64,000 bases of DNA, from contig NC_086108.1 of the NCBI RefSeq assembly GCF_963921235.1, positions 66,156,001 through 66,220,000 on the forward strand. Reading direction: 5' to 3'. Every line of letters begins with the position of its first letter. Position 1 is the first letter of the stretch. Positions 51,803 to 62,162 of the stretch are shown in pieces. A program made the translations under genes and the position numbers. The stretch is from Mobula hypostoma (Eukaryota). A model generated the notes under the pieces. The model made no database searches, was not told the origin of the DNA, and saw only the letters and a list, made by a program, of their open reading frames with translations.

Positions 51803-53217
51803 TGTCACAATGGGGGCATTGATGGTGGACCCAAATGCAAGACACAGACACTGAAGTACAAGGAACAGGACTTGACTAGAGTAGGGACGTGACAGGATAC
51901 AGACAAGGAGCAGGGACAAGAACACAGACTTGGGCTAGTACATGGACAAGACAGGGAACCTGGGCAAGGAACTATGCACAAGGAGCCTGGGCTTGGGCTC
52001 CGAGCCAGAGACTGGACAAGGACCCAGAACCTGGGTCTTGCCTCGGGCTCGGGCCCCAGAACGAGGGAAGGACATGACATGAATACAGGATAGGACGTGG
52101 CTGGGGTCTTGAGGCTTGGGGCTGCAGGCTGGGGTCTTGGTCTTGAGGCTTGGAGACAGGCCGTGGTCTTGAGGCTTGAGCTTGGAGACAGGCCGTGGTC
52201 TTGAGGCTTGAGCTTGGAGACAGGCCGTGGTCTTGGCTCTTCAGGCCTGCAGGCTGGGGTCTTGGCTCTTGGAATGCAGAGGCTGATAACTCGGAGTCTG
52301 GAGCTCGGAGACAGACTGGGAACTGTACATCAACGTAGAGCCGTGACTATCCTTAGGAAAGCCGGGACTCATCTTTAACACGACACCAACATGAGACTGG
52401 ACAGAACATAGACATAGAGCCGGGACTTATCCTTAGACAAGCCGGTCCTCAACTTTATCTCCACACCAGGGTGGGACAGGACCATCCATCGCGTAACGGC
52501 AGAATGACAAGACTTACCCAACAGAGGCAAAGACAAGACAACACAGGTCCCCCCACCCCGCAGGCCAACAGCAGAACGGACTGACTTACCCCACGGAGGA
52601 GAGGACAGGACAAGACAGGACAGATCCCCCCCACAGGGCAATGGCAGAACGGCCCGACTTACCCCACGGAGGCGAGGACAGGACAAGACAGATCCCCCCG
52701 CAGGGCAATGGCAGAACAGCCTGACTTATCCCATGGAGGTGAGGACAAGAGACAAACACCAAAGAACAACTGACAGTTCCATCTCTGCATCGGGGTTGCT
52801 CCGAGTCACAGTTCGGCCAGCAACCGTAGCTGGCTACAGAAACAACCGGATCCCTACCTAGCTTGGAGTGGCTGGTAGCCACTCAGATGGCCCAGGAAAC
52901 AGCCGAATCCATACCGCAAAGACAGCTCTGACTACCGACAGCAAGGCTCCATGAAGCAATGGTTCTCCAACAAGGCCTAAAGATGGCAAGTGGCCGCTCT
53001 AGCCTTCCACCGGCAGGTTACTCCCAGGAAATCTTGACAAGACAAACCAGCCACCCACACTCAACCCCAAGGCTACTTATATTCCAAGCCCCAAGATGGG
53101 AATCAGGTGCCTATGATTAACTCAATTAAAACAAGGGACAGCTGGAAGACCCGGAGTCCTGAGTCCATGGACTGGACCGTGAACAGGAATGCGGACTTCA
53201 CGGACCAGACCATGACA
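51803..53217 (-). mobile_element. Gypsy-like solo LTR (1415 bp)
   Basis: TGTCA...TGACA ends. Perfect 5-bp TSD GAGGT at 51798-51802 and 53218-53222. Minus-strand TATAAG near 53075-53081 and a TGCATTTGGGTCC U5-like end. Internal minisatellites. Confidence 0.88.
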
Positions 53218-53717
53218 GAGGTAATCATTTTGTTTATCACAGTTACCCTGTATAATGTATTACTAGTAGTGTGAAAGTATAGTGGTGATTAATAGACTTT
53301 TGTGAGGCAAGTATATGAAAGGATAAGGAAAAAATGTTGATAAGCAGAGTTGTTCTACAGATACTTTCTGATGCAATTGATCTCTTAAACAAGAGAGCTG
53401 ATTTGTCTGCTGCAATTTCATGTATTATGATGATTCAATTTGAGATAAAATTCCATTGCTTAGTGTATGAAAACCTGGGACTATGAGGTTTCATTTCTAT
53501 AACTTTGCTTCCTTGTTTTGGGTTATTTCTACATTTATCCTATATAAACCCTCTTCCGGTTAAACTACAAACAATTATACTAAATCACTCCTCCATCTCC
53601 TAAATTCAAAGAACATTAAGCCAAAGTTATGCAATTTGTCTTCAGAATTTAAGTCCCGGTGTTTTGGTGAGTTTGCACTGTATTGTCTTAAGAAGATCCA
53701 ACGAAAGGCACAGTTCA

Positions 53718-53875
53718 ACACACAAAATGCTGGAGGAACTCAGTAGGCCAGGCAGCATTTGTGGTACAGTCGACTATACTTTTTTTCCATAGATGCTGCC
53801 TGGCCTGCTGAGTTCCTCTAGCATTTCGTGTGTGTTACTCAGATTTCCAGCATCTGCAGAGTTTCTCTTATTTGT
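53718..53875. mobile_element. Fold-back Penelope pLTR mini-insertion with 15-bp TSD
   Basis: GAAAGGCACAGTTCA (53703-53717) and GAAAAGCACAGTTCA (53876-53890). The arms are inverted about 53771/53772. Confidence 0.88.
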
Positions 53876-54343
53876 GAAAAGCACAGTTCAGATGGAATCA
53901 GTCATAATTTCTGTGTCTTCTACCTTTGATATTTCAGCTCCCTAAAACTATGACCAATCATACATTTGCCTTGGGATTTCTTGCATGAGTTTTTAGCTAT
54001 TTGTTTTTATGGACATCTTATAGGCTCTCTGCAATCAAAAATGTGTCTACTTATGTTGCATGATCCAAAATAGATACATTTGCGATTCCCCACATTGGAT
54101 CTTACCCACCAGCCTTTATAACTCACAATATCCTTTGAATTCCTGCTCCGCTGTCACAATAGGGGTGTTGAGAACGGACCCAAATGCGAGACACAGGCAC
54201 TGAAGTACAAGGAACAGGTCCTGACTAGAGTAGGGGGACGTGACAGGATACAGGCAAGGAGCAGGGACAAGAAAGCAGACTTGGGCTAGGGAAAGCAGGA
54301 TCAGAACTAGGGATCATGGACTAGGAGACAAGGCTTGGACTCC

Positions 54344-54720
54344 GAGCCCAAGACTGGACAAGGACCCAGAACCTGGGTCTTGCCTCGGGCTTGGACCCCG
54401 GAACCAGGCAAGGACATGACATGGCTTCAGTACAGGACGTAGCTGGGGTCTAGAGGCCTGAGCTTGTAGACAAGACAAGGCTCAGATTCTGAGCCCGAGA
54501 CTAGACAAGGACCCAGAACCTGGGTCTTGCCTCGGGCTTGGACCCCGGAACCAGGCAAGGACATGACATGGCTTCAGTACAGGACGTAGCTGGGGTCTAG
54601 AGGCCTGAGCTTGTAGACAAGACAAGGCTCAGATTCCGAGCCCGAGACTAGACAAGGACCCAGAACCTGGGTCTTGCCTTGGGCTCGGACCCCAGAACCA
54701 GGCAAGGACATGACATGGCT
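54344..54720 (+). repeat. 147-bp tandem repeat, about 2.5 near-identical copies, inside the LTR
   Basis: Unit starts (GAGCCC.AGACT.GACAAGGACCCAGAACC) at 54344, 54491 and 54638. Confidence 0.9.
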
Positions 54721-55034
54721 TGAGGCTGGGTCTTGGGTGTTGAGCTTGGCTTGGGATCCTCGAGGCTTGGGATCTGGCATCTTGAGCATGGCTTGGGGTC
54801 TTGGGTCTTGAGCTTGGCTGCAGGCTGGGGTCAGAACCTGGGTCTTGCCTCGGACGCGGGCCCCAGAACCAGACAAAGACATGATATGGCTTGAGGCTGG
54901 GGGCTTGGGTCTGGAGCTTGGCTTGGGATCCTCAAGGCTTGGGGTCTCAGAGCTCGGCTTGAGGTCCGGGTCTTGGGTCTTGAGGCTCGGCTTGAGGCTG
55001 GGGTCTTGGGTCTTGAGGCTCGGCTTGAGGCTTA

Positions 55035-55441
55035 CAACACGCTGGAGGAACTCAGCAGGTCATGCAACATCCGTGAAAAAGATCGGTCGACGTTTCGTGC
55101 CGGAATCCTTCATCAGGACTGTAGAGGGAAGGGGCAGAGGCCCTATAAAGAAGGTGGGGGAAGGGTGGGAAGGAGAAGGCTGGTCAGTTCCAGGTGAAAA
55201 ACAAGTAAGGGGAAAGATAAAGGGGTGGAGGAGGGGAAGCAGGGAGGTGATAGGCAGGAAAGGTGAAGAAAGAATACGGGAAAACACAATGGGTAGTAGA
55301 AGGAGGTGGAACCAAGAGGGAGGTAGTAGGCAGTAGGCAGCTGGGGGAGGGTGCAGAGTGACATAGGGATAGGGGAAGGGAGGGGGAGGGAATTACCAGA
55401 AGTTGGAGAATTCTATGTTCACACCAAGGGGCTGGAGACTA
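55035..55441 (-). mobile_element. Penelope-like 3' end with hammerhead motif (55085-55120), nested in the LTR
   Basis: Minus strand AGUC CUGAUGA A GGA UUCCGG CAC GAA ACGU C GACC, a purine-rich tract, and the GIY-YIG terminus GAAGTTGGAGAATTCTATGTTCA. Confidence 0.8.
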
Positions 55442-58102
55442 GATTATTTTGTGTTTGGGTCTTGAGGCTTGGCTTGAGGCTAGGGTCTTGGGTCTTGAGT
55501 CGGGATCCTCAAGGGTTGGGTTCTTGGAGCTTGGCTGCGGGATCGTCGAGGCTTGGGTTCTTGGAGCTCAGAGACAGACTGGGAACTAAACATCAACACA
55601 GAGCTGGGGCTTATCCTTCGACAAGCCAGGACTCATCTTTAACATGACACTAACATGAGACAGGACAGAACATAGACAGAGCCGGGACTTATCCTAAGAC
55701 AAGCCGGGACTCAACTTCTCCACACCAAGGTGGGACAGGTCCATCTGTTGGGTAATGGCAGGACAGCCAGACTTACCCAACAGAGGCAAAGTCAAGACAA
55801 GACATGTCCCCCCGCAGGGCAATAGCAAGACAGCCTGACTTACCCCACAGAGGCGAGGACAGGAAGAGACAAACACCAAAGAACAACTGACAGTTCCATC
55901 TCTGCTCCAGGGTAGCTCCAAGTCTCAGTTCAGCCAGCAACCTCAACTGGCTACAGAAACAGCCAGATCCCTACCTAGCTCAGAGTGGCTGGCAGCCACT
56001 CAGCTGGCCCAGGAAACAGCCAAATCCATACCACAAAGAACACTTCAACAAGTGGCAACAAGGCTCCATGAGGCAGTGGTCCTCCAACCAGGCTGAGAGA
56101 TCATGAATGGTTTCATTAGCCTTCCATCAGTAGATTGCTCCAAGGGGGACTGACAAGACAAACCAGCAGCCCACACTTAATCCCAAGGCTACTTATATTG
56201 TAAGCTCAAAGATGGGAATCAGGTGCCAATGATTAACTCAAACAGGGGACAGCTGGAAGACCTGGAGTCCTGAGTCCATGGACCAGACCGTGAACCAGAA
56301 TGCGGACTTTACGGACTGGACCATGACATCCACATAACTTATTAAGGTTTGTAACTTAGTCTCATTTGTAGTGTTGGATATAGGACTCTCTATTCATTGA
56401 TTAATCTAGTTGATTGATATGTGTGTTGTACAATTCAATATTGTAAACAATCTATATTACATGCTAACTTCACGTTTTGTGAGCTCTTGTTTTTGTTAAT
56501 CCTATTTTCTTGTATAACCTACTGTACAGCTTTTGATAGTGGATATAAACAGTATACATCTGCATTCCTCTGCAATAGTTGATAATGCAAATCAATGCTG
56601 ACTCTTGCAAGGGTTTATAATTTCATAATTTCATAATTCCATAACAGGAGGTACAAGTTCTGAGATACCTTCATTAATGTAGATGTTGGACATGACTGCT
56701 TCGATAGCAACAGACTTGAGGGAGGTCAAGGTTACTCAGGTGACCATGCATGTTGGGAACGTCTTATACTGCCCAGAAGGTTTTGCTGGTCATTGGACAA
56801 ACTGCTAGTTTGTAGTATACATGGGTGTCAAATACATTCAAAAGTAGCTAATGATTTTATTGCACTGATATGTTGAATTGAACAGTTGATTGGCAGTTAG
56901 GAGTGCATCTTCATTCAGATTTATTGTTCTTTGCTAAGTTGAATATTGAAGCAGAATCTAAAATTTGCTTTTAATAACTTCTACCTTTGGTGTTGTGCCT
57001 TTTTCAGTAATGGAAATGGTAAGATTGGTACACATTAGTATTTAAGGAAATACAGGGAGAACCACAGAGAACCAGGGCAATAGTTTTTGAACTCATTATT
57101 CAAAGTGGACAGCAGAAAAAAATAGCTGAGGTTATTTCATTTTTTTCAAATGTCAAAAATACAATCCTGGGAAATGTAATCTGTTAGGATGACATTTATA
57201 GTAGAATAAATATTGACATTTATTATTGGGGAAGTAGTTTCAGGGAATTATCAAAAGAAAAAGCAATAATTTAAAACTATACTATGGTAATGAAGTGCAG
57301 GAGAAGCCTAGCAAACTTAATTCGAACTCCTTATGGATGGAACAAAATTGGTGATTAACAGTCACACTGTGGACTATTCCTGGCACATTTTATTGTAATC
57401 TTAGATTTGAAATATGAACAGAACATTACAATATGCTACGTTTAAAATGATTACAATTAAAGTCATTAATTATCAGACCTTCTCAGCCCAACATTTAAAT
57501 GACTAACAACACTCAGTAGATCATGTGATGACTAATAGAAAATCTATTAGTCATTTTCTTGAAGTTCTCAGTGACTGACTCTTCATAACCCTCTTGTGTA
57601 GAGAATTCTAAATGAAGAAATTACTATGTATTTCTGTCCTGAATGGCTGACAATGATTATGATTCCTGCTCATCAGACATGTCGTAAGGGAAATATTATC
57701 CATGCATCTACTCTGAGAAGCCCCATAGAATTTTGCGCATCGCAATAAAATCACCCTGTATTCTTCAAAACTGGAGAGAGCATAGACATGGGCTCCTTAA
57801 TGTTTATTCATACAAGAAAACTCATCCCAGGGATCAAATGACAAGCCTTCACTTCACTCCCTGCAGAGCCTTTCTTTCAGAGGACACCAGATATTCAAAT
57901 ATGATACATGCAGTTTTCTTTTTTTTTCCTCTTTGAAGGTGTCAGTATTACAAATGACAGCTTATGATGGCACAAAATAGACAAAAAAGTGATATGCCAA
58001 TTGCAACCTCTGGCTAATATTTGGAGATTTTAAACAACCTATGTTGAAATGTTATTTCCATTTTCAATGTACTTTTTGAAATATTGATAGTGGCCAGGAA
58101 GC

Positions 58103-58582
58103 AAAGTTCAAAGTTAAAAGTCAATTTATTATCTAAGTATGTATGTATATGTCACCATATGGACAGGACAGGAAAGGAATGGAGGGTTATGGGCTGAGTG
58201 CAGGTCGGTGGGACGAGGTGAGAGTAAGAGTTCGGCATGGACTAGAAGGGCCAAGATGGCCTGTTTCTGTGCTGTAATTGCTATATGGTTATATACTACT
58301 TCGAGATTAATTTTTAAAGCATTCACAGTAGAACAGAGAAATACACTAGAATCAATAAAAGTTTATGCACAAAATCTGACAAACAACCAATGTGCAGAAG
58401 AAGACAAATTGGACAAATAAAATAATAAAATAAGTAAATAAATAATACTGAAAACAATCCTTCAAATTGAGTCCATTGATTATGGAATCATTTCAGAGTT
58501 GACATGGATGAAATTATCCACACTGGTTCAGGGGCCTGATGGTTGAAGGGAAATAATATTGCTGAACCTGGTGGTATGGGAC
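58103..58582 (-). mobile_element. Rex/Babar-type 3' end (same family as 572-3610) with a CR1 3' tail inserted at about 58161-58295 on the plus strand
   Basis: The host reads through as CACCATAT|ACTAC. The insert GGAATGGAGGGTTATGGGCTGAGTGCAGGTCGGTGG..TATATGGTTATAT is the reverse complement of 686-812. Confidence 0.8.
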
Positions 58583-59915
58583 CTTTTAAGTGTGCTCAGT
58601 GGTGGAGAGGGATTTGCCTTTGATGAACTGGGCTGCATGAAATTATTAAGAATCTCCTAATGAAATAGCACTTATATGATACAGGTTTCTTGTGTCTTGA
58701 TTGTTTTTTGAAGAGTCAATCAAATACTTTTCACCCATAGTGTCTCTTTCCAAAATCCTTGTAATTTGTACCCTTCAAGTATTGCACCAATTTGTTATCG
58801 AAGATTATTATGGAGTCTGCTTCCAGCACCTTTTCTTCCAGTTATAACAAATAGCTCACTGAAAAAAATATCCTATGCTTTGCTTTCAGACTGCTAATTG
58901 TGTGGCCTATAGCTGCGGTTCCAGCCCGGACCTTGACTGCAAGCATCCCCAGGCTGAGACTTCCCTTGCTGCCGCAGAACCCCAGGCTCCCCTTCCCCCA
59001 GTACCACTGTCTGATCCCGGGTCTCTCAGGCTGCACAGAGGCTCTTGGGACCTCAGAGCCACCACATCAATCCCAATACTCAGACACATCCTCATACCTA
59101 CCCATTGAAGAGGACCCACTCCGGACCACAAGAAAACTGTCTCTGACACTATCACTGATCTCATCAACTCTGGAGAACTCCCATCCTCTGCTATCAAACT
59201 CACACCCCACACTGCTTGTTTCTATCTCCCACTCAAGCTCCACAAACCTGAATGTCCAGGTAGGCCCATTGTCTGCCTGCCACAGGCAGCCGTGAAGGTC
59301 AAGTATGAATGTATATTTAAAGCAGAAGTTGATAGATTCTTGATTGGTCAGGATGTGAAGGGATACAAGGAGAAAGAAGGAGATTGCAGCTGAAAGGAAA
59401 ATTGGATCAGCCATGATAAAATGGCAGAGCAGGCTAGATGGGCCGAATGGTGTAATTCTGCTCCTATGTCTTATGGTCTTATGATCTAATTTCCACCTTG
59501 TCCTGAAGTTCACTTAGTCCATTTCTGACTCCTCCCTTACCTTTCTTGATCTCTGTCTCCATCTCTGGGGAAAATGGTTGAACTCATGTCCTTATAGAAC
59601 ACTGAACTCGTGTCCTCCTACCTTGTCTCCTTTCTATTCCCCTTGGTTCAGTCCCTTCCCTCCTGCATCCTTGACAATTCTCATGCCCTCGATCACCTCA
59701 CTAACTTTTAATTCCCTGGCTCTGACTGCCAATACACTTCTATCCCTTATCAAGAAGGCCTTAAATTTCTCAATAAAAGAACCAAACAGTTCCCCTCCAC
59801 AACCACCCTCCGCTTCCATCTGGCAAAACTAGTCCTACCTCCCCCCCTCCCCGACAATTTTTACTTTGAGGTGTAGCCATGGGCATCCACATGTGTTCCA
59901 GCTATGCCTACCTCT

Positions 59916-60342
59916 CAGGGGTGCAATGCTAGCCAAGCGCACTGGAGTGCGTCTGTCACATCTTTAAGAAAAAAGCCAAAATAAACAAGCTAATTAATTA
60001 GGTGCCGCCCAGGGTGATTTGAGTATTTCAGAAACTGCTGATCTCCTGGGATTTTTACGCATAACAGACTCTGGAGTTTACAAAGAATGGTGCCAAAAAC
60101 AAAAAAAATCCATCGAGTGGCTGTTCTTGTTAAATCTACTTGCTGGATTTTTTTTTGTTCTTGGCACCTTTGTTTGTAAACTCCAGAGTCTGTTGTGCGT
60201 AAAAATCCCAGGAGATCAGCAGTTTCTGAGATATTCAAATCACCCTGGGCGGCACCTAATTAATTAGCTAGTTTATTTCGGCTTTTTTCTTAAAGATGTG
60301 CCGAACGCACTGCGGTGCGCTCCGGCTAGCGCTGCACCACTG
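59916..60342. mobile_element. hAT-like fold-back non-autonomous element with 8-bp TSD
   Basis: TSD CTACCTCT (59908-59915) and CCACCTCT (60343-60350). Ends CAGGGGTGCA..GCTAGCC and GGCTAGCGCTGCACCACTG. Inverted arms of about 200 bp. Confidence 0.85.
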
Positions 60343-60495
60343 CCACCTCTTCGTTGGGGATGTAGAACAATCTATGGTCCAAGCCTTCACCACTCGTGCT
60401 CTCCAACTCATCCTCCGCCTCGTTGATAACTGCATTGGTGCTGCTTCGTGCACCCATGCTGAGATCATCAATTTCATCAACTTTGCCTGTAATTT

Positions 60496-61437
60496 GCCTC
60501 ACTTGGATGATGAAATTGATGGCTTTGTTGCAAAGTTTGTAGACAATGCAATGACAGGTGGAGGGGCAGGTAGTTTTGAGGAAGTCGAGAAGCTACAGAA
60601 GGATTTAGGCAGATTGGGAGAAGGGACAAAGAAGTGACAAGTGGATTACAGGGTTGGGAAGTGTATGGTCATGCACTTTGGTAGAGGAAATGAAAGAATC
60701 TTCTAAATGGAGAAAAAGTACAAAAGAAAACTGAGGTGCAATCGGACTTGGGAGTCCTTGTGCAGGATTCCCTAAAGGTTAATTTGAGTCTACGGGAAGG
60801 CAAATGCAAAGTTAGCTTTCACTTCAAGAGGACTAGAATATAAAAACAAGGATGTAATGTTGAGACTTCATAAAGCCCAGGTGTGGCCTCACTTGGAGCA
60901 TTGTGAGCAGTTTTGGGCCCCTTATCTTAGAAAGGGTGTGCTGAAAATTAAAAGGATTCAATGGAAGTTCACAAAAATGATTCTGGGTTGAACAGCTTGT
61001 CATATGAAAAGTGTCTGATGGCTCTGGGCCTGTATTCACTGAAATTCAGAAGAATGAGGGGTGACCTCATTGAAACCTATCGAATGGTGAAAGGCCTTGA
61101 TAGAGTGGATGTGGAGAGGATGTTTCCTATGTGGGAGAGGCTAAAACTAGAGGACACAGAATAGAGGGGCATCCTTTTAGAATGGAGATAAGGAGGAATT
61201 TCTTTACCCAGAGAGTGGTGAATCTGTGGAATTCCTTGCCACAAGCATCTGTGGAGGTCAAATCTGAATGTATATTTCAGGGAGAGGTTGATAGATTCTT
61301 GACTGGTCAGGGCATGAAGTGATACAGGGAGAAGGAAGCGGATTGAGGCTGAGAGGAAAATTGGATCAGCCACGATAAAATGGTGGAGCAGATTCGAAGG
61401 GCCAAATGGCCTAATTCTGCTCCTATGTCTTAAGGTT
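60496..61437 (+). mobile_element. CR1 3' fragment inserted in the Penelope RT
   Basis: LDDEIDGFVAKFVD.. and GLYSLKFRRMRGDLIETYRMVKGLDRVD. Possible TSD TAATTT at 60490-60495 and 61438-61443. Confidence 0.88.
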
Positions 61438-62066
61438 TAATTTCCACCCTGTCCTGAAATTCACTTAGCCCATTTGTGACACCTCCCTCTCCTTTCTTGA
61501 TCTCTGTCTTCAGTTCTGGGGACAAAAAGTTGACCTACATCTTTTATAAACTTACCGATCCCCATGGTTACGTTGACTATGTCTCATTCCACCTTAATTC
61601 CTAAAAAAAAGCTATCCCTTTTTCTCCACTGCATCTGTTCCCAGGATGCGGCTTTCCTATCCTGGACATCAGAGAACGTGGCATCCATTTGCCCTTACCC
61701 CTATCTCCTCTACTTCCTGAATATCTGTGCTCACCCCATCTTCCCATCACCTCAATAGCGATAGAATTCCTGTTGTATCACCTGCCATCCCATGAGCCTC
61801 CGCATCTAACACATGATTCTCCACAACTTCTGCCATTTCCAAAGGGATCTTACCACCAAACATATCTTTACCTCGCCCATCTCTCTGCTTTCTGCAGGAA
61901 TAACTCCCTCTGTGATTGCCTTGTACATTTCCCCTCTCTACTAACTTCCCTCCCCGCACTTACCCTTCAAGCGGCCAAAGTGCTACATGTGCTAATTCAC
62001 CCCCTCCCTCACCTTCGTTCATGCCCCAATATAGTCCTTCCAGATGAGACAGCACTTCACCTGCGA

Positions 62067-62162
62067 GCAACACACACAAAATGCTGGTGGAAAGCAGCAG
62101 GCCAGGCAGCATCCATAGGAAGAAGCACAGTCAACGTTTCAGGCTGAGACTCTTCATCAGGA
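62067..62162 (-). mobile_element. 96-bp Penelope mini-insertion (hammerhead plus tail) with 9-bp TSD
   Basis: CACCTGCGA at 62058-62066 and 62163-62171. Minus strand (G)UC CUGAUGA A GAG UCUCAG CCU GAA ACGU U GACU. Confidence 0.88.

Larger units (their letters stand above)
54152..56328 (-). mobile_element. Second Gypsy-like solo LTR of the same family, expanded
   Basis: TGTCA...TGACA ends. TSD TCCGC (54147-54151) and TCCAC (56329-56333), one CpG-type mismatch. Collinear with 51803-53217. Confidence 0.85.

Noticed and set aside
54344..55032. CRISPR-like array, repetitive protein ORFs (54574..54882, 54845..55336), or a nucleosome meaning for the 147-bp unit
   Set aside because: There are no unique spacers or cas genes and the context is eukaryotic. 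The ORFs follow from stop-poor repeats. Nothing supports the unit length being more than coincidence.
51803..56328. One full-length LTR retrotransposon
   Set aside because: Each LTR has its own TSD, and the interior shows no coding sequence, PBS or PPT.
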